A DNA stretch of 28,133 bases from Atribacterota bacterium (GCA_035376345.1 DAOSRJ010000002.1:1-28133); one strand, 5' to 3'; counted from the first letter of the stretch, positions 1 to 8,104 are shown. Numbers and translations: made by a program. The notes: generated by a model not told the origin, from the sequence alone.

Positions 1-195
1 AATGATTTCCCGATCAACATTTTGAAAAGTAAGTTGTTTTTTGAGAACAACAAATTCATAGTATTTTAATAAATCAAAACGATAGGAAGTAACTGTATTA
101 AATGATAGACCTCTTTCCAGAGTTAGGTATTCTAAAAAGTATTCTATTAAATCCTTTTGCTGATTATTGTTTTCTGCATTAATTTTAACATTCAT
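1..195 (-). CDS. xerD: Site-specific tyrosine recombinase XerD-like, N-terminal 65 aa only (runs off the window edge; absent from ORF track)
   Basis: Manual translation from ATG at 195 is open to base 1: MNVKINAENNNQQKDLIEYFLEYLTLERGLSFNTVTSYRFDLLKYYEF... The FLEYLTLERGLS-NT--SYR-DL pattern matches the XerC/XerD N-terminal SAM-like domain (F-YL--ERGLS-NT--AY--DL). XerD versus XerC cannot be settled without the catalytic domain. Confidence 0.8.
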   Translation of the reverse strand, partial: MNVKINAENNNQQKDLIEYFLEYLTLERGLSFNTVTSYRFDLLKYYEFVVLKKQLTFQNVDREII

Positions 196-231
196 ATATA
201 TTGATACTTACATTAATAATAGTATTAAAGA

Positions 232-1716
232 TTAATAATTAACTTCAGTATCAGGATGTATTACCTGTATCCAAACATTACCAGGTTGTATAGCTAATCT
301 ATTGCCTTCTTTGTTATAAAAGAAGGTTTTTGATCTCAAAGACTCCTTAGACCAGGTTATTTCTTCTGATCTGCCATTATAAATAATTATTCCCGTTCCC
401 TTGCCAATAAAATCAACTGCCAGCCTGCCTTCACTATCCAGTATCTTTTTGTCACTGTGCTGGATTACAAGATTCTTAACTTGCAACTGCTGACCAGTTT
501 CCTGATCAATATGAGGCTCATTATTGATAAAACGAATATATCTCTGAATCTCAGGATTGTATTTATAACTGACAGTGTAATTAGCATTGTATCTGATATC
601 TATCTTTTGAACTTCTTTGCCTGTTAATTGTTCTTTGGAGTCAATTTCAAATTGATAATCACCCCTATTAACCATTTCAATATACCCCAGCCTTTTTGCT
701 TCCCCTCTAAGCTGTTCAGTAGAAGCATATAGATTATGGGGAGGTTTTCGCTCCGGAATTCTCCAGAAAGGTTGATAATGAACCAGTTCATTGATATCAT
801 CTATTCTTTCTTCTTTTATAAATATGGCGGCATCAGGACTTTCTCCGGCATGCACGTAAATAGCATTGTGTTCCAGGGCTTTAGTAATGAAATAGGGTCT
901 GGCACTACGGATAGGACCAACTTTGCCAGCATCCTGGGTAGCAAAAATGGCTAAAAAACGTGTTATACCACCTTCTGCCAGTACTTCATAAACAATATTG
1001 GCCTTGTCCAGTCCACTTTGTGGCCGGGAATTATTAGCATTATCAATCATAATAGCTAATGGCCTCTGGTCAAAAGGAGATTCTTTTTCTGCAGTCCTAG
1101 GTAAAGTACTTAATTCCCCCGGGGTAACGATGGTTCCATAGGTAGATTCAATTCGCTCTTGTCCCGCTAAGCCCAGTCTGGCCTGTATTTCAAATTCGCC
1201 TCTTTCCAGCACCTCTCCTTCTATCTCTCTCCTGCTGGCAATACTGGGGGTTAAGTCTTGGGCAGCAATTTGTACATCAGGTATGATGGATATCTCCTCT
1301 TTAATTTGAGCTACTTCCTCTTTGGCTGGAATATCAATTTCAGGCATTTTAACTTCTACCCTGGGACTGCTTTCTACTACCATCTCTTTTTTTTCTACCA
1401 ATGGCTTTGTTTCAGTTTCTTGTATTCTAGCCGGCTCTGGTAAGGCGGGTTCCACTCTCGGCCTGACACTGGTCTCGGCAACTGGTTCTTCTCTGGTAAT
1501 CTCAGGCCTTACCGTAGTGGGATTTTTGATAGAAGGCAGTTCAACCATAGTTACCATAATAATATCTTCCAGTTCTGGAATATTAATAAGTTCAAAAGAA
1601 ATGAGATTATTAAAAACCAGTATGAATATTATATTAAGAATTATGGAAATTAGAAATGAACGCCCTAAAAACCCTTTTGAACGTAACTTTTTTCTTTGTG
1701 CTCTATATCCTGTCAT
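232..1716 (-). CDS. Chimeric protein: TonB-like N-terminal anchor plus Pro/Glu-rich spacer fused to a C-terminal DUF3048 (YerB-like) domain
   Basis: Basic N-tail, single TM (aa ~19-39) with S24-x3-N28, and IMVTMVELP motif. There are 14 Pro in aa 61-160. From aa ~217, DUF3048 signatures appear: RPLAIMIDN, RPQSGL, VYEVLAEGGITRFLAIF, GPIRSAR, HAGES, PPHNLY, and C-terminal G--WIQV. The gene lies directly downstream of exbB-exbD. Confidence 0.8.
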   Translation of the reverse strand: MTGYRAQRKKLRSKGFLGRSFLISIILNIIFILVFNNLISFELINIPELEDIIMVTMVELPSIKNPTTVRPEITREEPVAETSVRPRVEPALPEPARIQETETKPLVEKKEMVVESSPRVEVKMPEIDIPAKEEVAQIKEEISIIPDVQIAAQDLTPSIASRREIEGEVLERGEFEIQARLGLAGQERIESTYGTIVTPGELSTLPRTAEKESPFDQRPLAIMIDNANNSRPQSGLDKANIVYEVLAEGGITRFLAIFATQDAGKVGPIRSARPYFITKALEHNAIYVHAGESPDAAIFIKEERIDDINELVHYQPFWRIPERKPPHNLYASTEQLRGEAKRLGYIEMVNRGDYQFEIDSKEQLTGKEVQKIDIRYNANYTVSYKYNPEIQRYIRFINNEPHIDQETGQQLQVKNLVIQHSDKKILDSEGRLAVDFIGKGTGIIIYNGRSEEITWSKESLRSKTFFYNKEGNRLAIQPGNVWIQVIHPDTEVNY

Positions 1717-1759
1717 TATTGCTTTTAATCACCTTATAAACTATTTTAATTTGTACAAG

Positions 1760-2167
1760 TCAATTTTCCCTGGGCTTTGTAGCTATGGCAATCCTTTCTG
1801 CCCCACCTTTTTTAATCAGGTCCATAACTCTAACCACTTTCCCATGGGTTATATTTTGATCTGCTTCCAAAACAACTAAAGAATTGGTATTATTCTTAAT
1901 CTCTTCTTTTATCTTTTCAGATAAAGAATTAGGATCTATTAAGTGATTATTGATATAAAGTACATTATTTTCAGTAATAGTAACCACTACATTTTTCTGT
2001 TCTTTTACTGCAGCAAAATCGCCACTGGGCAGATCAACTTTAACACCACTCTCCACATTTATGAAGGTAGTGGTTAACATGAAAAAAAGGAGTAGTTGAA
2101 ACACAACATCAACTAAGGGAGTTAAATCAAATTTCAGAGTCTTGGTATTGGGATGATAAAATTTCAT
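1760..2167 (-). CDS. exbD: ExbD/TolR family biopolymer transport protein
   Basis: LTPLVDVVFQLLLFFM TM with the conserved Asp; C-terminal LEAD...HGKVVRVMDLIKKGG; GAGGAGG SD upstream of ATG 2167. Confidence 0.92.
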   Translation of the reverse strand: MKFYHPNTKTLKFDLTPLVDVVFQLLLFFMLTTTFINVESGVKVDLPSGDFAAVKEQKNVVVTITENNVLYINNHLIDPNSLSEKIKEEIKNNTNSLVVLEADQNITHGKVVRVMDLIKKGGAERIAIATKPREN

Positions 2168-2798
2168 CTATTTTTACATCCTCCTCTTTAATTTCTCTTT
2201 TTGATGATAAAAGATCTAATATTTCTATACTGGTTGCCTCCATCTCTTTGACCTGTCTCTCCACCCTGTTGTTGAGATAATTGTAAGCAACTATGGTGGG
2301 AATAGCTACCGAAAGACCAAAAGCAGTAGTTAATAATGCCTCAGAAATAGCACCAGCCAGAGCTTCAGGATTACCAACACCCACTATAGAAATTACCTGG
2401 AATCCTTTTATCATACCGAAAACGGTACCTAATAATCCCAATAGAGGGGCAATATTCCCCACAGTAGCCAGTATTGGCAAATTTTTTTCCAAAACAGCTA
2501 TCTCCTGGTTGGCAGTATCTTCGATTGCTTCTTTGATTTCATCTCTGGAACTGCCATATTTCAATAAAGCTGCCAAAATTATTTGAGAGATAGGGGAATA
2601 ATTTTTACGGCAGGCAGTAATCGCATAATTAATATTTCCTTTCCTGATCAGGTCACTAATACGACTGCTAAATTTGCGGGTAGAAGTTTTAATGCTCCTA
2701 AGATAAAACATTCTTTCAAAGAAAATGGCAATAGCCAGCAAGGAGCAGAAAAAAATGGGGTACATTAAAAAACCGCCTTTATAAAACATTTCAAACAT
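2127..2798 (-). CDS. exbB: MotA/TolQ/ExbB proton channel protein
   Basis: KGG-LMYP N-terminus; APLLGLLGTV-GMI (conserved Thr); ISEALLTTAFGL (conserved Glu/Thr); three TM segments; GGAGG SD. Confidence 0.92.
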   Translation of the reverse strand: MFEMFYKGGFLMYPIFFCSLLAIAIFFERMFYLRSIKTSTRKFSSRISDLIRKGNINYAITACRKNYSPISQIILAALLKYGSSRDEIKEAIEDTANQEIAVLEKNLPILATVGNIAPLLGLLGTVFGMIKGFQVISIVGVGNPEALAGAISEALLTTAFGLSVAIPTIVAYNYLNNRVERQVKEMEATSIEILDLLSSKREIKEEDVKIDEILSSQYQDSEI

Positions 2799-2933
2799 TA
2801 ACCAGTTGCCTCCTCTAAAGTTATAAGATTTCTTTAACTTTTAATTATATTATATCTTGTTAATAATCTATATATTTATAGTTCATTCTCTAAAAATTTT
2901 ATTTAGTTTATATTCTTTCTGACTTGTCTGGGT

Positions 2934-5900
2934 TTATTCTGATTTCTTTCTGGCAAAATCTGCATAAGATGATTCAGGACAGTTTTTGATAATCATTTCA
3001 TATTTTTGATTTGCCTGTAGTTCATTACCTAGCTCTTCCTGGCACAGAGCAGTAATATATAAGATATCACATACCAATACGCCGGTAGGAATGTCTTTCA
3101 GATATCTGTCTCCGACCTGTACCGCTTTTTCATATTCCCCTTTTTTAAAGTAACTCAGGCAAAGTCCATATAAAGAATTTGGAATATATTTACTATCGGG
3201 GAAACGATCCAATAATTTTTCAAAATTTATAATACTATCAAACCATTCCTGCTCTTCCAGGTCAATCTGTGCCAAAATATAAATGCCCTCTTCAGCAAAT
3301 TGACTCATAGGATGATTCTTTACAAAATCCTGTATTTTTGCTCTGGCTTCATTATAATTTTTTACTAAAAACTGTATCTTACCCAAGAGATAGTTACCTT
3401 CCTCTGAAAACTGACTCTCAGAATAATCCTGAACGAGCCTGCCAAATGATTCCAAAGCTAAGGGATAATCGTGAAGATTCAGATAGCTCCAGCTCACGCT
3501 GTACTGTACATGCGCAGCTAAAGAATGGGAACTATAATATTTAAGAAATTCCTGGTAATAGTGTATTGCTTCTGAATATTTATCTTGTTTATAGTAAGTT
3601 TCCCCTAACATATATAAAGCTCTTATGGCTACCTCATCACCAGCAAAATAATTAATACTATGGAAATACTCTTCAGCCTGGAAATAATCAGCCAAACGAT
3701 AATAACAGAGGCCCTGCCAGTAATTAATCTCTTGTCTCATCTTATCAGTGTTAACAGTATTCTCTACCTTTTTAAAAAGGTCTGCGGCTTCCTGATAGGC
3801 CCCTTTCTCATATTTATCTTTAGCCAAGCTGAAATAGCCCTCCCTGACCATAGCATCATCTGCTGTTTGCTCGGTTAAATCCTGATAGAGAGAAAGCAAC
3901 TTTTCCTCATTATTTATTTTTCGGGCTGCCTCAATCTTAAGTTCTATTGCTTCCTGACTGTTAATGTTTTCCAATATATTCAATACATCCTGATATTGTG
4001 TCAGCTGATAGTAACTTTGAGCCAGTTCCTGAGTAGCAATGGTTGAGAGCTCTCCTGCCGGAAACTGACGGACAACCCTTTCAAAATAAGTAGATGCTTC
4101 CTGGTCCTGACCTTTTCTAGCGTAAGCCAAACCTAAATCAAACAACACCTTTTCCAATATACTACCATCGATGTTCTGTTCAGCTAAGGAACTGTCAATG
4201 TCAATTACCCGGTCATAATCTTTTTGTTCTAACAATACCCTGGCTAACAGATATTGGGCTTCCACCTTAACCTGGCTTTCCTTTTTGGCCAATTCCTCCA
4301 GAATTACCATTGCTTCTTGATATTTACCCTCTTTAAATAGTGTAAAACTATAATGATACTTAGTTTCATTAATTAATTCAAAGGAAGGGTTGTTATTCAT
4401 AATATCTGTAAAATAACCCTTAGCTTTATCATACAAACCTTCCCAGAAGTAGGATTGTCCTAAGATGTATTCAATTTCAAATTTATCAAATTTCAGAGGA
4501 TCAACAGTTGATAGATTTTCATACAGGTTAATTGTCTGGGAATACTTCTTCTGTGCAAAATATATTCTTCCTAATTTATAAACTCCCTCTAAATAAAGGG
4601 TACTTCTGGGAAAGTTTTTAATTAGTAACTCTAAATCGATTTCAGCCTGTTGATAATTTCCCAATAAATAAGCGGTCCAGCCATTACCTAATAAGGAATT
4701 TTCATAATACTGGCTCTCTCCGTAATTATCTATTATATATTGATAATGTTGATTTGCTTCTCCATAATCTCCCAATTCATAGGCAGTTTCAGCCATAAGG
4801 AATCTGGCTTCTAAAAAATCAGGATTGATTGCCAGCACTTCTCTCAATTTTTCCAGGGCTTTTGCATATTCGCCCAGAGAATAAAAGTTATAAGCTAACT
4901 GATAATATTCCTTCTCCCAATCGACATCAAAGGCCTGATCCCCGCCTATTCGCTCTCTTTCTGCCAGGTATTCCTCCATCTGATTTAGATGGTAGTAAGT
5001 ACGCATTAAGTAGATCCTGGTTTTTTCAAAATTGGGGTTTATTTGAACCGATTCTTTAAACTTCAGTAAGGCATCCTGATATTCTCCCTCAGTATAATAT
5101 TTATAACCCTGGTTAAAAATCCAGACTGCTTCTCTGCCAAATTCTTTTTCTTCCATCGCTTTATTCAAATATATGCGGGCATTATTGTCAAAAGGGTCTA
5201 AACGGACCGTGGCTTCCAGATATTTAATAGAGTTATTTAAATCCCCCGCATGATAATAGCTCAATCCTAAAAAATAATTGGCCCCCTTGAAATCCTTACT
5301 GAGGTTTATAGCTAATTTAAAGAATTCAATAGCTTCCGGCCACTTTTTGTTACTATAGGCATTATACCCTGTGACATACAGTTCATAAGCTTCTCTGCCA
5401 TATATTTCAGCCTGTTGATACTGACTCACCACCCAATCAATATCCCGGTCTGGCTCTATCTTTTTTATTTCTTCTCCCTGTTCCAGTGCTTTGTCAGTCT
5501 GCCCTGATTCATAATAAATTCTCATCAGCAAGATTCTAGCTTTAATGTTATTTGGCTGATAAAAAACAGAATCAGTAAGGTTTTGAATAGTAGAAGCAGT
5601 CTTTCCCTGCTCATAATTTGAATAGGCTAAGCGATAGAGAGCTTCTGAAAGTCTTCGATAACTTATTTTAATATTGCTATTATTTTGAGCAACTTCAATA
5701 AAATTTTCCAGGCTCACTATTTCACGGGCGGTCCATTTCGTCTTTTCGTAGATCTGGGATAGCAGATAGTATGCTTCAGCAAAATGAGGATCCTCGGCTA
5801 CAGCTTTTTCTCCATATTCAATGGCCTTAGACCAGAGTGGTTTGCTGGGAAAGTCTATCCCCTGATATTCGGTTGTAGCCTGGTTTTTTAATTCCAGAGA

Positions 5901-6545
5901 CAGATAGTAATACCTTAAAGCTACCAAAGAGGTGGAAATATTCTTTTTCAGGTTAAGAGCTAAATCCTCATCAATATATAAATTGGTTTCCTGTAAAATA
6001 GTCTGGGCAATATGTTCTTTTAAGTAGAATAGATCTTCCGGTATGATGGTCATTTCCCGGAATTCAAATAGTTGATCAGACTTAGATTGGTACATAACCA
6101 GATTAAACTTGAGTATGTCTCTCTGTTCAAGAGTAAAATAACCGGTAAAAAGTAGGTCAGTTTTTAATAAATCACTTAGAGAACCGAACAGATTTAAGTC
6201 TCTGTCCACTGCTAATCTTTGGTATAAATCGATTTCTGGTAATTTTTCTATTTCTTCCAGAGAAACGAAATCTATTTTCTCTGATTGAGAAAAAGTATGG
6301 CTCAACATATCAGGTAAACCTCTCTCCAACCAATCCCAATCATCCTTTCCTGTCAGGTTGTCAAAATAATATACCGCAAAACTGTTTATTTCTGATGCAG
6401 TGGAAGAAAGGGTAAGAGCAGTACAGAATAATATTATGATGCAGATCGAAAATAGGCAATGTAATAATAATTTATTCAATAAAGTTTTAGAGGGATTCTG
6501 CAATCTATTTTCCCGCCAGTTTAAAAAAATGAACCTTATTTTCAC
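2934..6545 (-). CDS. Large exported TPR protein with N-terminal CsgG/TolB_N/FlgO-like domain and many CpoB/BamD-like TPRs
   Basis: GTG start. Hydrophobic signal segment at aa ~22-50. FAVYYFDNLTG--DWDWL--GLPDML pattern (aa 56-81) is typical of TolB_N/CsgG-like alpha/beta domains. Many helical-repeat motifs follow (e.g. A-Y-LG--YY--G-Y--A---F). Confidence 0.8.
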   Translation of the reverse strand: MKIRFIFLNWRENRLQNPSKTLLNKLLLHCLFSICIIILFCTALTLSSTASEINSFAVYYFDNLTGKDDWDWLERGLPDMLSHTFSQSEKIDFVSLEEIEKLPEIDLYQRLAVDRDLNLFGSLSDLLKTDLLFTGYFTLEQRDILKFNLVMYQSKSDQLFEFREMTIIPEDLFYLKEHIAQTILQETNLYIDEDLALNLKKNISTSLVALRYYYLSLELKNQATTEYQGIDFPSKPLWSKAIEYGEKAVAEDPHFAEAYYLLSQIYEKTKWTAREIVSLENFIEVAQNNSNIKISYRRLSEALYRLAYSNYEQGKTASTIQNLTDSVFYQPNNIKARILLMRIYYESGQTDKALEQGEEIKKIEPDRDIDWVVSQYQQAEIYGREAYELYVTGYNAYSNKKWPEAIEFFKLAINLSKDFKGANYFLGLSYYHAGDLNNSIKYLEATVRLDPFDNNARIYLNKAMEEKEFGREAVWIFNQGYKYYTEGEYQDALLKFKESVQINPNFEKTRIYLMRTYYHLNQMEEYLAERERIGGDQAFDVDWEKEYYQLAYNFYSLGEYAKALEKLREVLAINPDFLEARFLMAETAYELGDYGEANQHYQYIIDNYGESQYYENSLLGNGWTAYLLGNYQQAEIDLELLIKNFPRSTLYLEGVYKLGRIYFAQKKYSQTINLYENLSTVDPLKFDKFEIEYILGQSYFWEGLYDKAKGYFTDIMNNNPSFELINETKYHYSFTLFKEGKYQEAMVILEELAKKESQVKVEAQYLLARVLLEQKDYDRVIDIDSSLAEQNIDGSILEKVLFDLGLAYARKGQDQEASTYFERVVRQFPAGELSTIATQELAQSYYQLTQYQDVLNILENINSQEAIELKIEAARKINNEEKLLSLYQDLTEQTADDAMVREGYFSLAKDKYEKGAYQEAADLFKKVENTVNTDKMRQEINYWQGLCYYRLADYFQAEEYFHSINYFAGDEVAIRALYMLGETYYKQDKYSEAIHYYQEFLKYYSSHSLAAHVQYSVSWSYLNLHDYPLALESFGRLVQDYSESQFSEEGNYLLGKIQFLVKNYNEARAKIQDFVKNHPMSQFAEEGIYILAQIDLEEQEWFDSIINFEKLLDRFPDSKYIPNSLYGLCLSYFKKGEYEKAVQVGDRYLKDIPTGVLVCDILYITALCQEELGNELQANQKYEMIIKNCPESSYADFARKKSE

Positions 6546-6826
6546 TAAATGAATCTTCCTTTAATGTGTTTGGGGTTATTACAGGTTTCGATAAATATTA
6601 AATTTCTGGAAATTGATTTTAGGAATTTTCTCAGATATTAATTCTTAAAAACTTCCAACTTGAACATCATAAAGAAGTGTTATTTACACTATATTTATAC
6701 TATTTTGACCTTTGTTGCTAAATTATTTTAATATTTAATTAATACTTAAAGAGAAAGTTTTTTAGCGATTTAACAAAATTTATAATGCTTATATTTTTGT
6801 TTATTTTACATAATATCATATCTTAT

Positions 6827-8104
6827 TTAAGGAAAAAAGTAAAATTCTTTTTCACCAATTCTAACCATATCCCCCTCTTGAGCACCCATCTTTTTAAGCG
6901 CTTTCTCAACACCCCATCTCTTTAATTTTTCTTGAAAATATCGCAGGGCTTGAGGATTATCTAAGTCATATTGGTAAGCTAATTTATTTATCTCTTTTCC
7001 ATCTATGACAAATTGTCCGCCTTCTTTCTTAATTGTGAATGCCTGTCGATAAGCATAATGAGTTAACTTATTATGAGCCGGTACAGCCAGGTACTCTTCT
7101 TTTTTTTCAGCTAATTTGAGCGTCCTAAAAATCTGATATATTAAATCCCTCACACCCTCGCCGGTAAGGGCTGAAATAAAAAAAATGCTTTTCCCTTCCT
7201 TGGCAAATGATTCTCTTATCTCCGCCATATGTTGTTGTACTTCCAGTAAATCGAATTTATTTATTGCAATTAATTCTTCTTTATTTTTTAATGAAGACGA
7301 GAACTGAGCCAACTCACTCTTTATAGCATAATAATCTTTTAAAATATTTTTCCCCTCAACCCTGGCTCCATCAATGAGATGAATAATAACTTTAGTTCTT
7401 TCAATATGCTTTAAAAAACGAGTCCCCAATCCGGCACCCTGAGAAGCTCCCTCTATCAACCCGGGAATATCGGCTAATACAAATTGGTTTTCTCCATCCG
7501 TAGTGACTACACCCAGATAAGGGTCAAGTGTAGTAAAGGGATAATCAGCAATTTTTGGTTTCGCCTGGGAAACTCTTGCCAGAAAAGTAGATTTACCCGC
7601 ATTGGGACACCCCACCAATGCCGCATCTGCAATTAGTTTTAAATCTAACTTAATAGTTTTTTCTTCACCCATTTCCCCTCTTTGAGCAAATTTTGGTGAT
7701 TGAAATGCTGATCTTTTAAAACTATAATTTCCCTTGCCCCCTGAACCGCCACAGGCAACACAGATTTCTTCTCCATCCTGAGATAGATCAGCAAGGATCC
7801 TATGGTCTTTCATATCTTGCACAATAGTTCCTACCGGGATTTTCAAATATAAATCATTGCCATTCCTGCCCGTTTTTTTTTGACCGCTGCCGTTTTCACC
7901 GTTTTCTGCTTTAAAGTGAGGGTTACGAAAATATTCATTCAATGTCTTTATCTGTAAATCAGCCTGAAGGTAAACACTGCCACCCCGTCCGCCATTACCT
8001 CCATCAGGCCCGCCTTTGGGAATAAACCTTTCCCTTCGAAAACTAACACAGCCATCACCGCCTTTACCAGCTTTCACCTGAATAATTATTTCATCAATAA
8101 ACAT
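6827..8104 (-). CDS. obgE: GTPase ObgE/CgtA with C-terminal DUF1967 (OCT) extension
   Basis: MFID...AG-GGDG--SFRRE--IPKGGPDGG-GG-GG Obg fold; G1 GCPNAGKS, G2 YPFTT, G3 DIPG, G4 NKFD, G5 SAL; C-terminal GVEKALKKMGAQEGD-VRIG--EF. Confidence 0.97.
   Translation of the reverse strand: MFIDEIIIQVKAGKGGDGCVSFRRERFIPKGGPDGGNGGRGGSVYLQADLQIKTLNEYFRNPHFKAENGENGSGQKKTGRNGNDLYLKIPVGTIVQDMKDHRILADLSQDGEEICVACGGSGGKGNYSFKRSAFQSPKFAQRGEMGEEKTIKLDLKLIADAALVGCPNAGKSTFLARVSQAKPKIADYPFTTLDPYLGVVTTDGENQFVLADIPGLIEGASQGAGLGTRFLKHIERTKVIIHLIDGARVEGKNILKDYYAIKSELAQFSSSLKNKEELIAINKFDLLEVQQHMAEIRESFAKEGKSIFFISALTGEGVRDLIYQIFRTLKLAEKKEEYLAVPAHNKLTHYAYRQAFTIKKEGGQFVIDGKEINKLAYQYDLDNPQALRYFQEKLKRWGVEKALKKMGAQEGDMVRIGEKEFYFFP

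Noticed and set aside
1-195. Tyrosine recombinase as a sign of a prophage or integrative element
   Set aside because: The N-terminus is XerC/D-like (ERGLS-NT--Y--DL), the neighbours are housekeeping or envelope genes, and no att-like repeats or phage genes are visible.
1322-1879. 185-aa plus-strand ORF, and the other short antisense ORFs in the track (e.g. 2293-2586, 11045-11317, 16923-17276, 26834-27100)
   Set aside because: They lie antisense to well-supported genes, show mirror-frame composition, and have no recognisable motif. They are shadow ORFs.
6676-6690. AGTGT-N5-ACACT palindrome upstream of the TPR-exbBD operon as a Fur box
   Set aside because: It has only 5-bp arms and no resemblance to the GATAATGATAATCATTATC consensus, so there is no evidence for iron regulation.
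6711-6778. Imperfect inverted repeat TTTGTTGCTAAA ... TTTAGC-gattt-AACAAA after obgE as a terminator or MITE
   Set aside because: It needs a 5-nt bulge and a long AT loop, the pairing is weak, and there are no target-site duplications.
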